A stretch of 64,000 nucleotides of DNA from Candidatus Pelagibacterales bacterium (GTDB lineage Bacteria; Pseudomonadota; Alphaproteobacteria; Pelagibacterales; AG-422-B15): positions 7,235 to 71,234 of the forward strand of contig JAONQW010000005.1 in NCBI GenBank assembly GCA_028412835.1, written 5' to 3'. Below the pieces are notes generated by a model. The model was not told the DNA's origin. It worked only from the letters and a program-made list of their open reading frames with translations, and did not search any database. Shown here in pieces: positions 49,957 to 61,509 of this stretch (its first letter is position 1; every line of letters begins with the position of its first letter). The translations under genes and the position numbers were made by a program.

Positions 49957-51489
49957 TTATAATGGTATGTTATCGTGTTTTTTGTAAGGTGAAGTTAGTT
50001 CTTTATTTTGAAGATTATCTAATGCTACAGCTATTCTTTTTCTAGTAGACTGTGGCTTAATAACATCATCAATAAATCCCCTACTTGAAGCAATAAATGG
50101 ATTGGCAAATTGGTTAGTATATTCATCTGTTTTTTCAGCAATATCTTTTTCATTTTTAAGTTCGTTTCTATATAATATCTCAACTGCACCTTTTGCTCCC
50201 ATAACTGCAATCTCAGCGGTTGGCCAAGCATAATTTATATCGCCCCTTAGATGTTTTGAGGCCATTACTACATAAGCACCTCCGTATGCCTTACGTGTTA
50301 TAATTGTTACCTTAGGAACTGTAGCCTCTCCATATGCATATAATAACTTAGCGCCGTTCTTGATAATTCCATTATGTTCCTGAGATACTCCCGGTAAAAA
50401 CCCTGGCACATCTACAAATGTTACAATTGGTATATTGAAGCAATCACAAAAACGCACAAATCTAGCGGCTTTTTTACTAGCATCAATATCTAAACATCCA
50501 GCTAAAACTAAAGGTTGATTTGCAACAAAACCAACTGTTCGACCCTCAACTCTTCCAAACCCTATAATCATATTTTTGGCAAATTCTGCCTGTATTTGAA
50601 AAAAATCACTGTTATCTACAACTTTATTAAGAAGCTCTAGCATATCATATGGTTTATTTGGATTATCAGGAACCAGGGTATCCAATGATGGGTCTGGACT
50701 CAAATCTTGATACTCAGATATTTGTTTAATTGATTTTTCTCTATTACTTGATGGTAGTAAATCAATTAATCTTTTAACTTCATAAAGTGTTTCAATATCG
50801 TTTTCGTAAGCACCATCAGCGACTGAAGATTTTGAAGTATGTGTTTTAGCCCCGCCAAGCTCTTCTTGTGTTACATTTTCTTGAGTCACTGTCTTAACTA
50901 CATCGGGTCCAGTAACAAACATAAATGAAGTATCTTTAACCATAAAAATAAAATCAGTCATTGCTGGGGAATAAACTGCTCCACCAGCACATGGGCCCAT
51001 GATGACTGATATTTGCGGTATTACCCCAGAAGCTAAAACATTTTTTTGAAATACATCTCCATAACCAGCTAAGGATGCAACACCTTCTTGTATACGAGCT
51101 CCACCTGAGTCATTTATACCTATTAGAGGAGCTCCTACTTTTAAAGCCATATCCATTATCTTACAAATTTTTTCAGCATGAGCTTCTGACAAAGAACCAC
51201 CAAAAACTGTAAAATCTTGACTAAATACGTAAACGAGTTTTCCATTAATCTTGCCACTACCTGTTACAACACTATCACCTGGATACTTTTGCTTTGCCAT
51301 TCCAAAATCATTAGTACGATGCTCCACATACATATCGTACTCTTCAAAAGTATCTTCATCTAACAACACATCAATTCTTTCACGAGCTGTAAGCTTACCT
51401 CTGGCGTGCTGAGCATCAACTCGTTTCTTTCCACCACCCTCTCTAGCTTGGCTTCTTTTTTTTTCTAATTCTTCAATAATTGATGTCAT
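49957..51489 (-). CDS. pccB: propionyl-CoA carboxylase beta subunit
   Basis: [47 protein letters not shown]. Confidence 0.95.
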   Translation of the reverse strand: MTSIIEELEKKRSQAREGGGKKRVDAQHARGKLTARERIDVLLDEDTFEEYDMYVEHRTNDFGMAKQKYPGDSVVTGSGKINGKLVYVFSQDFTVFGGSLSEAHAEKICKIMDMALKVGAPLIGINDSGGARIQEGVASLAGYGDVFQKNVLASGVIPQISVIMGPCAGGAVYSPAMTDFIFMVKDTSFMFVTGPDVVKTVTQENVTQEELGGAKTHTSKSSVADGAYENDIETLYEVKRLIDLLPSSNREKSIKQISEYQDLSPDPSLDTLVPDNPNKPYDMLELLNKVVDNSDFFQIQAEFAKNMIIGFGRVEGRTVGFVANQPLVLAGCLDIDASKKAARFVRFCDCFNIPIVTFVDVPGFLPGVSQEHNGIIKNGAKLLYAYGEATVPKVTIITRKAYGGAYVVMASKHLRGDINYAWPTAEIAVMGAKGAVEILYRNELKNEKDIAEKTDEYTNQFANPFIASSRGFIDDVIKPQSTRKRIAVALDNLQNKELTSPYKKHDNIPL

Positions 51490-51496
51490 ATCTCTT

Positions 51497-51525
51497 ATAA
51501 TAACTAATTAATCTTAATTAAACAA
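51497..51525 (-). promoter_or_regulatory. sigma70-type promoter of pccBA (probably leaderless)
   Basis: TTGTTT-N17-TATTAT, 7 nt before ATG; fills the 36 bp spacer. Confidence 0.5.
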
Positions 51526-52401
51526 TCATATGTAGTTAAAAAAATGATTAGGTAAATCTGCCTCAACATTGATCAGTTCACCTGTAAGATCATTAAATTT
51601 AATTTTTTTTGCATGTAAAAAAAGGTTATTTTCATTTTTATACACTTTTGATACTGGCAAGTAATATTTATTATCACCTAAAATTGGAAAACCATTTAAT
51701 TTACAGTGAATTCTTAATTGATGTTTTCTTCCAGTAGAAGGTTTAAGCTCTATATGGGTTAAACCTTCTGACAATCTTCTAATAATTTTATATCTAGTTT
51801 CAGCTTTATAGGTATTTTCATCTTCTTGAATATCATTAGTTATAAGTCCTTCATTCTGATCTGGTTCACCTATAACAATTGCTTCATATGTTTTTTCTAT
51901 TTTTCTATCTCTAAATAAATCTGAAAAGTGCTTAGCATATTTTCTATTAAGTGCAAAAATCAAGATACCACTAGTGTCTTTGTCTAATCGATGAACTAAT
52001 AGGGGTCTACTCTCAAAAAGATTTGAATAATTCAAAATATCATCTAAATTTTTTTTAATACCACTCCCACCTTGAACAGCTATCCTGTTCCATTTATTAA
52101 TAATAAAGAAATTATTATCTGAAAAAATTATTGATTTTTTAAGATCATCTATATCTTTCTTATTTGACTCAATTTTTGGAATGTTTCTATTTTCAGAATA
52201 ATCTTTAAATAATTGAATGATATCTGTTTCTTGAACTCTGTAGTTAGCGGTTGATTTTTTATCATTAACTTTAATTAAACCTTTTCTTAAATCTTTTTGT
52301 ATCAAGCTTTGGGGTACATTTAGTGAGTTAACCAGATAACGATCTAGTCTAGTATTTTCTTCGTCTGCCGTAATTATTATTGAATTGATATGTATAGCCA
52401 T
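51526..52401 (-). CDS. RluA/RluC family pseudouridine synthase
   Basis: S4 domain RLDRYL, VHRLDKDTSG, TGRKHQLRIH, ILGDNKY, LHA. Confidence 0.93.
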   Translation of the reverse strand: MAIHINSIIITADEENTRLDRYLVNSLNVPQSLIQKDLRKGLIKVNDKKSTANYRVQETDIIQLFKDYSENRNIPKIESNKKDIDDLKKSIIFSDNNFFIINKWNRIAVQGGSGIKKNLDDILNYSNLFESRPLLVHRLDKDTSGILIFALNRKYAKHFSDLFRDRKIEKTYEAIVIGEPDQNEGLITNDIQEDENTYKAETRYKIIRRLSEGLTHIELKPSTGRKHQLRIHCKLNGFPILGDNKYYLPVSKVYKNENNLFLHAKKIKFNDLTGELINVEADLPNHFFNYI

Positions 52402-52447
52402 AAAATCTAAATTTTGGCCAAATATCTTATATATGAATTAATTGAGA

Positions 52448-52813
52448 CTATTTAGCTTCTTGATCTAACAGTTGGATATAAGCCATAGGTGCCTTATCGC
52501 CAGTACGAAAGCCAGCTTTAACTATTCTACAATATCCACCTTGTCTTTTTTCAAATCTTTTAGATAGGTCGGAAAAAACTTTAGTAACAGCCTCACTGTC
52601 TCTTAAGCTACTAAATGCATTCATTCTTGATGCATTTGTATTTTTTTTACCTAAAGTAATTATTTTTTCTACAAAAGGTCTTAGCTCCTTAGCTTTAGGT
52701 AGAGTTGTCTTAATGGTTTCACTTTTGATCAAAGAAACAGCCATATTCTCTAACATAGATATTCTATGAGTAGATGTTCTATTTAATTTTCTTTTTGCTA
52801 TTCCGTGTCTCAT
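52448..52813 (-). CDS. rplQ: 50S ribosomal protein L17
   Basis: [26 protein letters not shown]. Confidence 0.99.
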   Translation of the reverse strand: MRHGIAKRKLNRTSTHRISMLENMAVSLIKSETIKTTLPKAKELRPFVEKIITLGKKNTNASRMNAFSSLRDSEAVTKVFSDLSKRFEKRQGGYCRIVKAGFRTGDKAPMAYIQLLDQEAK

Positions 52814-52831
52814 TTTTTCTTTTCTAAAGGT

Positions 52832-53854
52832 TTAATTGTATGGGTCTTCAATTTTTCTTGCCATCTCTTCAATATTTTCAGGTGGCCAGTTTGGTACTTC
52901 CATACCAAGATATAAAGACATGACACCTAATACTTCTTTTATCTCATTAAGTGATTTTCTTCCAAAATTTGGAGTGCGAAGCATTTCAGTTTCTGTTTTT
53001 TGAACTAAATCACCAATATAAATAATATTATCATTTCTTAAGCAATTCATTGATCTAACAGATAGCTCAAGTTCTTCAACTTTTCTAAGTAAGTTTTTAT
53101 TGAATTTAGGCTCAAGAGCATCTGGCTCCGGTATTACTTCTTCTGGTTCATCAAAATTAATAAATGACTGAAGCTGATCTTGAATAATTCTTGCGGCAAA
53201 AGCAATTGAGTCTTCTGGTGATATTGAACCATCTGTTTCAATTGTCATTGTTAACTTATCATAATCTAAGACCTTGCCTTCACGTGTATTTTCAACACTA
53301 TAAGCAACTTGTTTTACTGGACTAAAGATTGAGTCTATTGGAATTAACCCTATTGGGGCATCTTCAACTCTATTATGCTCAGCTGCAACATATCCCTTAC
53401 CTTTTGCTACAGTAAGCTCCATATTAAGCTCTACATTTTCATCTAAATTACAAATAACTAACTCAGGATTAATAATATCTATTTCAGACGGGGCATTAAT
53501 CATACCAGCAGTAATTTCTCCTGGTCCAGTTACATTAAGTGACATTTTTCTAACACCTTCAGAATGCATATTCAAAGATAGAGATTTAATATTTAATACA
53601 ATGTCTGTTACATCTTCTCTAACACCATCAATTGAAGAAAATTCATGCAAAACATTTTCAACCTTAATTGCTGTAACTGCTGTTCCTTGCAATGACGACA
53701 ATAAAACTCTTCTTAGCGCGTTACCTAATGTTAAGCCAAAGCCTCTTTCTAGTGGTTCGGCTGTTAATGTAGCTTGGAAACTTGAAGTATCTGATGGCAC
53801 TAGGGATAGTTTTGATGGTTTGATTAGTGCCTGCCAATTATTTATGATGCTCAT
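52832..53854 (-). CDS. rpoA: RNA polymerase alpha subunit
   Basis: [36 protein letters not shown]. Confidence 0.99.
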   Translation of the reverse strand: MSIINNWQALIKPSKLSLVPSDTSSFQATLTAEPLERGFGLTLGNALRRVLLSSLQGTAVTAIKVENVLHEFSSIDGVREDVTDIVLNIKSLSLNMHSEGVRKMSLNVTGPGEITAGMINAPSEIDIINPELVICNLDENVELNMELTVAKGKGYVAAEHNRVEDAPIGLIPIDSIFSPVKQVAYSVENTREGKVLDYDKLTMTIETDGSISPEDSIAFAARIIQDQLQSFINFDEPEEVIPEPDALEPKFNKNLLRKVEELELSVRSMNCLRNDNIIYIGDLVQKTETEMLRTPNFGRKSLNEIKEVLGVMSLYLGMEVPNWPPENIEEMARKIEDPYN

Positions 53855-53880
53855 AATGTATTCCTTATATTATTAAATAG

Positions 53881-54270
53881 TTATACTCTTCTCTTTTTCG
53901 GGGGTCGACATCCATTATGTGGGATCGGTGTAGTATCCTTAATAGATGTTATATAAAATCCAACGGCTTGTAATGCGCGAAGAGCTGATTCTCTTCCTCC
54001 ACCAGGGCCTTTTACAAATACTTGCAAATTTTTTAATCCGAATTCTTTAGCCTTATTACCTGCATCTTCAGCAGCCATTTGTGCAGCATAAGGAGTTGAC
54101 TTCCTTGAGCCTTTAAAGCCTTTTACACCTGCTGATGACCATGCAACACTATTGCCTTGCTCATCGGTAATAGTTACCATGGTGTTGTTAAAGGTTGCAC
54201 TAATATATGCCATTCCTGAAACTATGTTTTTTTTAGTTTTTTTCTTTTTAACAACTTTTTTATCAGCCAT
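53881..54270 (-). CDS. rpsK: 30S ribosomal protein S11
   Basis: [28 protein letters not shown]. Confidence 0.99.
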   Translation of the reverse strand: MADKKVVKKKKTKKNIVSGMAYISATFNNTMVTITDEQGNSVAWSSAGVKGFKGSRKSTPYAAQMAAEDAGNKAKEFGLKNLQVFVKGPGGGRESALRALQAVGFYITSIKDTTPIPHNGCRPPKKRRV

Positions 54271-54271
54271 A

Positions 54272-54649
54272 TTACTTAGTTACCTTTTTCTTTCCAGCAA
54301 TTGCGATAGCTTTACCTTTTTTAGTTCTTGCGTTTGTATGAGTTCTTTGGCCACGGCAAGGTAAGTTTTTTCTGTGTCTTACACCTCTATATGCACCTAG
54401 GTCTTTTAATCTTTTGATATTTGCAGATATTTCTCTTCTTAAATCACCTTCAACTGTAAAATCTGCAGAAATAACATCAGTTATTTTTTTTATATCTACT
54501 TCAGATAAATCTTGAACTCTAATATTTTCATCAACATCTGCCTGCTTACATATATCAACCGAATATTTTCTACCCACTCCATATACGTAGGTAAGAGCAA
54601 TGCCTAATTTTTTTTGACTTGGAATGTTTACACCAGCTATACGAGCCAC
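54272..54649 (-). CDS. rpsM: 30S ribosomal protein S13
   Basis: [23 protein letters not shown]; GTG start. Confidence 0.99.
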   Translation of the reverse strand: MARIAGVNIPSQKKLGIALTYVYGVGRKYSVDICKQADVDENIRVQDLSEVDIKKITDVISADFTVEGDLRREISANIKRLKDLGAYRGVRHRKNLPCRGQRTHTNARTKKGKAIAIAGKKKVTK

Positions 54650-54688
54650 AGATAAATCCTTTGATTATGGTTATTGAGAGATTGGCGG

Positions 54689-54716
54689 ATTATATGATTA
54701 TTAGTCAAATGGTCAA
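54689..54716 (-). promoter_or_regulatory. sigma70-type promoter of the alpha operon
   Basis: TTGACC-N16-TATAAT followed by GC-rich CCGCC discriminator. Confidence 0.7.
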
Positions 54717-54721
54717 GCATA

Positions 54722-55291
54722 TTAAATGGCCTCCATTATCATGTTAATATCTTGATTTACTTGAATAATTTCCTTAGTGCCATCAACTTTTTCTAATAAC
54801 TTTAGCTTTGAGTAATAATCTATTAATGGTTGTGTTTGTGTGAAGTAAACATCTAGTCTTGACTTGAGTACATCTTCATTATCATCTTTTCTACCTTCTT
54901 CTTTTTTTCTCTTTATAATACGATTTAATAGTATTGATTGATCAACATCTAGTAATATAACCTTATTAATACTTACATTAATGTCATTAAGTATTGCATC
55001 TAACATATCTGCCTGCTCAGCTGATCTAGGAAACCCATCAAATAAAAACCCTTGGTATTTTGATAAATTTTCATTAATAAACTTTTTGATGATTTCTAAA
55101 ATAATATTATTAGAGACTAACTCGCCCTTATCCATAATACTCTTAGCTTGTTTCCCAAGATCTGTTTGCTCCGTAACTTCATTTCTTAAAATGTCACCTG
55201 TAGATAAGTGACATAAATTAAATTTGTCACATAAAGATTTGGCTTGTGTTCCTTTGCCCGCTCCTGGAGGTCCAAGTAAAATTAAATTCAC
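54722..55291 (-). CDS. adk: adenylate kinase (short-LID form)
   Basis: GPPGAGKGTQ, STGDILR, DGFPR, RKDDNE. Confidence 0.97.
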   Translation of the reverse strand: MNLILLGPPGAGKGTQAKSLCDKFNLCHLSTGDILRNEVTEQTDLGKQAKSIMDKGELVSNNIILEIIKKFINENLSKYQGFLFDGFPRSAEQADMLDAILNDINVSINKVILLDVDQSILLNRIIKRKKEEGRKDDNEDVLKSRLDVYFTQTQPLIDYYSKLKLLEKVDGTKEIIQVNQDINMIMEAI

Positions 55292-56619
55292 TTTCTTCTT
55301 CCTCTAATTCTTGATTTCTTTATTAAGCCTTCATACTGATATGCAAATAAATGGCTCTGTATTTGCCCTACTGTGTCCATTCCAACAACAACTACAATTA
55401 GAAGTGAAGTACCACCTAAATAGAATGGAATAGAATATTGTGCTATTAAAATTTCAGGAAGAATACAAACAAATGCTAAGTATAATGCTCCAATAGTTGT
55501 GATTCTTGATAATACAAAGTCAATATATTCAGCTGTCTTTTCGCCAGGTCTAATTCCAGGGATAAATCCACCATTTCTTTTTAGATTATCAGCTGTTTCA
55601 GTTGGATTAAAAACAATAGAAGTATAAAAAAATGCAAAAAATATAATAGCTGATGCATACAAAACCATGTATAGAGGTTGACCTCTTCCAAGTAGGGCTG
55701 CTATGTCACTGAACCATGATTGATCAGTAGACAAATTAAAATTAGCAATCGTGATTGGTAGCAAAAGAATAGATGAAGCAAAAATAGCGGGTATAACACC
55801 AGCGGTATTTAGTTTTAATGGTAAATGAGATGTATCGCCACCCATCATTTTATTTCCCATTTGCCTTTTTGGGTATTGCACTAGAAGCCTACGCTGTGCT
55901 CTTTCCATAAAAATAATAAAAATAACTACAGCGATTACCATGGCAAATAAAAGTAGCAGAGTAAGTGTAGATATTGTGCCTTGTCGCCCTAGTGTAAGGG
56001 TATTAATTAATGCACTTGGGATTTCTGCGACAATACCTGAAAAAATAATTAATGAAATACCATTACCAATACCTCTACTGGTAACTTGCTCTCCAAGCCA
56101 CATTAGGAATACTGTTCCTCCAACAAGAGTAATAGTAGTAGATATTCTAAAAAACAGTCCTGGGTCTGTAACAATTTGTCCAGCAGACTCTAAGCCTACC
56201 GAAATTCCATAGCCCTGTAAGATTGCAAGAATTACTGTTCCATAACGAGTATATTGAGTGATTTTTTTTCTTCCTGGTTCACCTTCTTTTTTCAAATTAG
56301 CAAGAGTTGGTGATACGCTTGTCATTAGTTGTATAATAATAGAAGAAGAAATATATGGCATTATTCCTAGAGCAAAAATTGCCATACGACTAATTGCTCC
56401 ACCAGCAAATACATCGAACATGCCAAGAATACCACTTTGATTTGTTTCAACTAACAAGGCAAGTTGATCAATATCTATCCCTGGAAGAGGAATATAGGTT
56501 CCAAATCGATAAACAATAAGAATACCTAATGTAAACCAAATACGGTTTTTAAGTTCCGTAGCTTTACGAAACATTCCAAAGTTAAAATTTGAAGCTAATT
56601 GTTCTGCTGCAGAAGCCAT
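55288..56619 (-). CDS. secY: preprotein translocase SecY
   Basis: FALGIMPYISSSII, GIGNGISLIIF, IPGIRPG, GGTSLLIVV. Confidence 0.99.
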   Translation of the reverse strand: MASAAEQLASNFNFGMFRKATELKNRIWFTLGILIVYRFGTYIPLPGIDIDQLALLVETNQSGILGMFDVFAGGAISRMAIFALGIMPYISSSIIIQLMTSVSPTLANLKKEGEPGRKKITQYTRYGTVILAILQGYGISVGLESAGQIVTDPGLFFRISTTITLVGGTVFLMWLGEQVTSRGIGNGISLIIFSGIVAEIPSALINTLTLGRQGTISTLTLLLLFAMVIAVVIFIIFMERAQRRLLVQYPKRQMGNKMMGGDTSHLPLKLNTAGVIPAIFASSILLLPITIANFNLSTDQSWFSDIAALLGRGQPLYMVLYASAIIFFAFFYTSIVFNPTETADNLKRNGGFIPGIRPGEKTAEYIDFVLSRITTIGALYLAFVCILPEILIAQYSIPFYLGGTSLLIVVVVGMDTVGQIQSHLFAYQYEGLIKKSRIRGRRK

Positions 56620-56626
56620 ATAATTT

Positions 56627-57085
56627 TTAATTAATAGTTATACTATTGCCAGTTTTATTGGCCTTCTCTTGAGCAGATTTTGAAATCTTACCACACTCAA
56701 TAGAATTCTTTGATGACATTTCGCCACGTCCTAGTACTTTTAGTTTTAGGTTATTTTTTTTCTTAATAATTGATAATTTTTTTAATAACTCAATATTAAT
56801 AACTTGATCTTCAGTTATTTTATTTTTTTCTATGATCTTTTGAATATCTTCTAAATTTAGCTCTATATAATCTGTACGTCCAATATTTGTGAAACCAAAT
56901 TTTGGCAGCCTTCTAAATAGTGGCATTTGGCCACCTTCAAATCCATTTACTGCTACTCCTGATCTAGCTTTCTGACCTTTATGTCCACTTCCTGATGTCT
57001 TGCCTTTACCAGAACCAATGCCTCTTCCAATTCTTTTGCTATTAAAAGTATGGCCTTTAGGTTTTTTTAGCTCATTTAATTTCAT
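56627..57085 (-). CDS. rplO: 50S ribosomal protein L15
   Basis: RIGRGIGSGKGKT, GFEGGQMPL.RRLPK. Confidence 0.99.
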   Translation of the reverse strand: MKLNELKKPKGHTFNSKRIGRGIGSGKGKTSGSGHKGQKARSGVAVNGFEGGQMPLFRRLPKFGFTNIGRTDYIELNLEDIQKIIEKNKITEDQVINIELLKKLSIIKKKNNLKLKVLGRGEMSSKNSIECGKISKSAQEKANKTGNSITIN

Positions 57086-57089
57086 AATA

Positions 57090-57272
57090 CTAAACTCTTT
57101 CAGTTTTTACTAAATGTTGAACTTTTTTAATCATTCCAAGCACCTCGGGTGTTTCCACTAATATAGAGGTGCTTTGCATTTTCTTTAAACCAAGCCCTTT
57201 TAAAGTACCTATAATTTTTTGAACAGAACCAATTGAACTCTTTACTAATGTAACCTTAATTTTTTGACTCAT
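57090..57272 (-). CDS. rpmD: 50S ribosomal protein L30
   Basis: KVTLVKSSIG, LGL, GMIKKVQHLV; synteny. Confidence 0.96.
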   Translation of the reverse strand: MSQKIKVTLVKSSIGSVQKIIGTLKGLGLKKMQSTSILVETPEVLGMIKKVQHLVKTERV

Positions 57273-57274
57273 TT

Positions 57275-57796
57275 TTAATCTCTAACTGTATTAATCTCAG
57301 CAACTTTTTTACTTCTACGTGCCGCTACCATTTTAGGTGATTTTTGTTGTTTAAGGCCATTAACTGCTGCTCTTATAATATTATATGGATTAGCACTTCC
57401 AATGGATTTTGTAACAATATCTTTAATACCTAGTAACTCAAATACCGCTCTTACTGATCCACCAGCAATAATCCCAGTACCAGATGGTGCTGATCTCATT
57501 ACAACTTTACTTGCGCCATGATTACCAACAATATCATGATGTAACGTTCTACCTTCACGTAATGGAATCTTAATCATACTTTTTCTCGCTGAATCATTTG
57601 CTTTCTTGATTGCCTCAGGAACCTCTTTGGCTTTTCCATGTCCAAATCCAACCCTTCCAGATTCGTCACCTGCTACTACGAGTGCTGCGAAACCAAATCT
57701 TCTACCACCTTTAACAACTTTAGTTACTCTATTGATGGCAACTAATTTATCTTTAATATCATCTTTAGGGGCTTTATTATCTCGATTATCTCGCAT
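57275..57796 (-). CDS. rpsE: 30S ribosomal protein S5
   Basis: [22 protein letters not shown]. Confidence 0.99.
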   Translation of the reverse strand: MRDNRDNKAPKDDIKDKLVAINRVTKVVKGGRRFGFAALVVAGDESGRVGFGHGKAKEVPEAIKKANDSARKSMIKIPLREGRTLHHDIVGNHGASKVVMRSAPSGTGIIAGGSVRAVFELLGIKDIVTKSIGSANPYNIIRAAVNGLKQQKSPKMVAARRSKKVAEINTVRD

Positions 57797-57805
57797 ATTT
57801 ATTCC

Positions 57806-58153
57806 TTAAATTGTTAATCCTGCAGATCTTGCTTCATCTGCTAATGATTTAATTACTCCATGATAAATGTTTGGACCTCTATCCAAATATACTTTATCAA
57901 CACCTTTTTCTTTTGCTAACTTAGCTATCGTTGCACCTAATGTTTTTGCCGACTCCATATTGCAACCATTTTTTTTCTTGCTAATTGCTAATGAAGATGC
58001 ACTACAGATTGTTTTACTAGCATTGTCATCGATGACTTGTACATAAAGATTTTTAGCTGACTTAAAAACAGACAATCTTAATCTATCTTTATTTCTTTTC
58101 TTTAGAGTATATCTAACTCTGCTAGATCTTTTTTGCTTTAATGAAGTTGACAT
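57806..58153 (-). CDS. rplR: 50S ribosomal protein L18
   Basis: RLSVFKS, QVIDD, DRG..YHG, AR.AGL. Confidence 0.97.
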   Translation of the reverse strand: MSTSLKQKRSSRVRYTLKKRNKDRLRLSVFKSAKNLYVQVIDDNASKTICSASSLAISKKKNGCNMESAKTLGATIAKLAKEKGVDKVYLDRGPNIYHGVIKSLADEARSAGLTI

Positions 58154-58686
58154 TATTTTTTCTTACCTTCTTTTCTAACTATATGCTCATCAGAGTATTT
58201 TATACCTTTACCCTTATAAGGCTCTGGACCTCTAAAACTTCTTATTTCGGATGCTACTTGACCAACTAATTGTTTGCTGGCCCCAGATATCTCAATGTTA
58301 TTTTGTTTATCTACTTTTATCTCAAGTTCTTGAGGAATTGGATATGAAATTGGGTGACTAAAACCAAGAAGCAATTCAAGATTTGTACCTTTAACTGCTG
58401 CTCTATAACCCACACCGTTCATTTCAAGTTTTTTAGTAAAACCCTCACCAACACCTATAACAATGTTGTTAACAAGATTTCTTTGTAAACCCCAGAATGC
58501 TAGAGATTGTCTGTCTTTCTGTCTTGGAACACAGACAATTTCTTTATCGTTAATATTTACATCAATACCTTCATTAATCATTGTTGAGAGCTTACCTTTT
58601 GGCCCCTCTGCAATTACTGAGCCGTTTTCAATAACAACTTTAACGTTATCTGGTACAGTTATAATTTTCGATCCTACTCTAGACAT
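58153..58686 (-). CDS. rplF: 50S ribosomal protein L6
   Basis: MSRVG, GVGYRA, PEPYKGKGI. Confidence 0.99.
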   Translation of the reverse strand: MSRVGSKIITVPDNVKVVIENGSVIAEGPKGKLSTMINEGIDVNINDKEIVCVPRQKDRQSLAFWGLQRNLVNNIVIGVGEGFTKKLEMNGVGYRAAVKGTNLELLLGFSHPISYPIPQELEIKVDKQNNIEISGASKQLVGQVASEIRSFRGPEPYKGKGIKYSDEHIVRKEGKKK

Positions 58687-58697
58687 TAATATAATCC

Positions 58698-59096
58698 TTA
58701 AAATACCTTACAAATTATTTCGCCACCCAGCTTTTGGTCTCTTGCTTCAGTGTCAGACATTACTCCTCTAGACGTTGAAACAATAGAAATTCCCAAGCCA
58801 TTGTGAACAAAGGGGATGCTTTTAACTCCTGAATATACTCTTCTTCCAGGTTTTGATATTCTAGTGATGTTCGATATTACTGGACCGTTACTGTCATATT
58901 TTAACTCTATATCTAATTCATTTTTACCAGAGGCGTGCTGCGTCATTGCATATCCTCTTATATAACCCTCTTTGGCTAAGACCTCTAATATACCAGCTCT
59001 CAACTTGGAAGCTGGAGAGGTAACAACTTTTTTGTTTCTCATTTGAGCATTTCTTATTCTGCTAAATAAATCTGCTAATGGATCTTGTAATGACAT
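58698..59096 (-). CDS. rpsH: 30S ribosomal protein S8
   Basis: DPLAD..RIRNA, SKPGRRVY, STSRG; start moved to ATG 59096. Confidence 0.99.
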   Translation of the reverse strand: MSLQDPLADLFSRIRNAQMRNKKVVTSPASKLRAGILEVLAKEGYIRGYAMTQHASGKNELDIELKYDSNGPVISNITRISKPGRRVYSGVKSIPFVHNGLGISIVSTSRGVMSDTEARDQKLGGEIICKVF

Positions 59097-59110
59097 TCTA
59101 TATAACCTTT

Positions 59111-59416
59111 CTACCAACTCGCCTTTGTCATACCAGGTATTTGGCCATGTGAGGCCATTTCCCTTAATGCAATTCTAGACATTTTAACTCTACTGTGAAA
59201 GCCACGAGGTCTTCCCGTAACTTCACATCTATTTCTAACTCTACTTTGCGCACCGTTTCTTCTCATTTTTGCTAATTTTAATTGTGCCTGAAATCTCTCA
59301 TCTATTGGTGTTTGCTTATTCATGATAACCGCTTTTAAAGCTTTTCTTTTAGCTAGATCTAGATTTGACAATCTAATTCTAGTCTTATTTTTTTCGATCA
59401 TGCTTTTTTTAGCCAT
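59111..59416 (-). CDS. rpsN: 30S ribosomal protein S14 (long, Zn-free form)
   Basis: NRCEVTGRPRG, GMTKASW. Confidence 0.98.
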   Translation of the reverse strand: MAKKSMIEKNKTRIRLSNLDLAKRKALKAVIMNKQTPIDERFQAQLKLAKMRRNGAQSRVRNRCEVTGRPRGFHSRVKMSRIALREMASHGQIPGMTKASW

Positions 59417-59421
59417 AATTA

Positions 59422-59991
59422 TTATCCTAGTTGGTTTGATTCCTTTATTGGAAAATTAAGAGACTGAAGAAGGCTTAAAGCTTCATCATCATTGCTAGCA
59501 GAGGTACATACTACAATATCGAGACCTCTAATTTTGTCTAATTTATCGACGTTTATTTCAGGAAAAACAGTGCATTCTTTTATTCCAAGTGCATAGTTTC
59601 CTTGCCCATCAAAACTATTTTTTTTCAGTCCTCTAAAGTCACGAATTCTAGGTAATGCAATAGTTACCAATCTATCAATAAATTCATACATAGTATTTCC
59701 CCTAAGTGTCACTTTAACACCTAAAGGCATTCCAGTTCTTGTTTTGTAGGTAGCAATAGATTTTTTTGCTGTTGTAGTAATTGGCAGTTGTCCAGTAATA
59801 ACAGCCAGATCATCTTTTGCAGATTGAATTACTTTTGAATCTTGTGCTGCCTCACCTAGTCCCATATTAAGTACAACTTTAGTTAAACGAGGGACTTGTA
59901 AATTGTTTTTAAATCCAAGTTTTTCCTTTAGTTGTTGGGTAATTTGAGAAACATACATTTCTTTCAATCTAGGCATATTAGTATTAGGCAT
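59422..59991 (-). CDS. rplE: 50S ribosomal protein L5
   Basis: KVVLNMG, KVTLRG, LPRIRDFRG, FDGQGNY. Confidence 0.99.
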   Translation of the reverse strand: MPNTNMPRLKEMYVSQITQQLKEKLGFKNNLQVPRLTKVVLNMGLGEAAQDSKVIQSAKDDLAVITGQLPITTTAKKSIATYKTRTGMPLGVKVTLRGNTMYEFIDRLVTIALPRIRDFRGLKKNSFDGQGNYALGIKECTVFPEINVDKLDKIRGLDIVVCTSASNDDEALSLLQSLNFPIKESNQLG

Positions 59992-60295
59992 CTATTTGAT
60001 CTCCTGACAATGCAGATATACGTACTTTTTTCTTATCTTCAAGAATCTTAGTTCTTACTCTTGTAGGCTTATTATCTTTTTTATCTATAAGCATTAAATT
60101 ATCTAATTTAATTGGCATTTCCTTATTCAAAATGCCACCTTCATTTTTTTGATCTTGTTTTTGGTGTTTTTTTGCAACATTAACACCTTTAACGATTGCA
60201 GATGTTCCTAACATTCTTAAAACTTCACCAGTTTTTCCAATATCTTTTCCACAATTCACAAAGACCATGTCTCCCTTTTTAATTCTTGCAGCCAC
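59984..60295 (-). CDS. rplX: 50S ribosomal protein L24
   Basis: IKKGD.V..GKD.GK.G; GTG start. Confidence 0.98.
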   Translation of the reverse strand: MAARIKKGDMVFVNCGKDIGKTGEVLRMLGTSAIVKGVNVAKKHQKQDQKNEGGILNKEMPIKLDNLMLIDKKDNKPTRVRTKILEDKKKVRISALSGDQIDA

Positions 60296-60663
60296 TATAA
60301 AACCTCCGGTGCTAATGAAATAATTTTCATTTGTTTTTTAGCTCTTAATTCTCTGCATACTGGACCAAATATACGAGTACCAACTGGTTCACCTTGAGCA
60401 TTAATTAAAACAGCTGCATTTGAGTCAAACTTAATAGTACTACCATCGTTTCTTAAAAGCTCTTTTGCTGTTCTAACTATAACTGCCTTATGAACAGTTC
60501 CTTTTTTTACTTTTCCCCTAGGTATTGCTTCTTTAACAGTCACAACAATTATGTCTCCAACAGATGCATATCTTCTTTTAGAGCCACCAAGCACCTTTAT
60601 ACAAAGAACCTCTTTGGCACCTGAATTGTCTGCAACACTCAATCTTGATTCTGGTTGTATCAT
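60295..60663 (-). CDS. rplN: 50S ribosomal protein L14
   Basis: [23 protein letters not shown]. Confidence 0.99.
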   Translation of the reverse strand: MIQPESRLSVADNSGAKEVLCIKVLGGSKRRYASVGDIIVVTVKEAIPRGKVKKGTVHKAVIVRTAKELLRNDGSTIKFDSNAAVLINAQGEPVGTRIFGPVCRELRAKKQMKIISLAPEVL

Positions 60664-60890
60664 TACTTAACTACCGTCCATCTTTTCATTTTTGAAATAG
60701 GTTTAGATTCCATAATTTTTATTTTATCACCAGCATTAAACTCATTGTTCTCATCATGAGCACTATATTTTTTTGATCTTTTAATAACTTTCCCTAAAAG
60801 AGGGTGTTTAAATTTTCTCTCAACTAAAACAGTTACTGTTTTATCTTGCTTATCACTCACTACCGTGCCCTGAAGGATTTTTTTTGGCAT
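60663..60890 (-). CDS. rpsQ: 30S ribosomal protein S17
   Basis: [24 protein letters not shown]; start moved to ATG 60890. Confidence 0.98.
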   Translation of the reverse strand: MPKKILQGTVVSDKQDKTVTVLVERKFKHPLLGKVIKRSKKYSAHDENNEFNAGDKIKIMESKPISKMKRWTVVK

Positions 60891-60891
60891 A

Positions 60892-61086
60892 TTATTTACT
60901 CTCAGACCTTTCATTTAATACTGTTTTCATTCTAGCTATTAATTTACGTACTTTATTAATTCTTGAAGTATTTTCTAACTGACCTGATGATTTTTGAAAT
61001 CTAAGGTTTAATGACTCCTTATAAAGATTCTCCATCTCGCTAGAAATTTGATCTATAGTTTTTTTTCTAATTTCTTCAGTTTTCAT
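60892..61086 (-). CDS. rpmC: 50S ribosomal protein L29
   Basis: NLRFQ..GQLEN, RK.IARMKT. Confidence 0.97.
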   Translation of the reverse strand: MKTEEIRKKTIDQISSEMENLYKESLNLRFQKSSGQLENTSRINKVRKLIARMKTVLNERSESK

Positions 61087-61092
61087 AAAAAT

Positions 61093-61506
61093 CTATTTAA
61101 TTAATTGTTCTACTACTTTTGTTTTAACAGGCAACTTAGCAGCAGCTCTACTAAATGCCGCTTTAGCAATTTCATGTGATACACCGTCTACTTCAAACAT
61201 AATTTTTCCAGGCTTTACTCTTACTACCCAATATTCAGGAGAGCCTTTACCTTTACCCATTCTTACCTCAGTTGGTTTTTTTGAAACAGGTATATCTGGA
61301 AATATTCTCACCCATACACGACCAGCTCTCTTCATATATCGCGTCATAGCAACACGTGCGGCCTCTATTTGTCTTGCAGTAATTCTTTCTGCTTGAAGAG
61401 ACTTAAGTCCAAATGTTCCAAAGTTTAATGTTGTGGCAGAAGTAGCCACTCCTTTAACTCGGCCTTTGTGTGCTTTTCTAAATTTTGTTTTCTTTGGTTG
61501 TAACAT
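61093..61506 (-). CDS. rplP: 50S ribosomal protein L16
   Basis: [18 protein letters not shown]. Confidence 0.99.
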   Translation of the reverse strand: MLQPKKTKFRKAHKGRVKGVATSATTLNFGTFGLKSLQAERITARQIEAARVAMTRYMKRAGRVWVRIFPDIPVSKKPTEVRMGKGKGSPEYWVVRVKPGKIMFEVDGVSHEIAKAAFSRAAAKLPVKTKVVEQLIK

Positions 61507-61509
61507 TTT

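Noticed and set aside
54650-55291. Absence of map, infA and rpmJ between secY and rpsM
   Set aside because: secY-adk-rpsM is the normal alphaproteobacterial order
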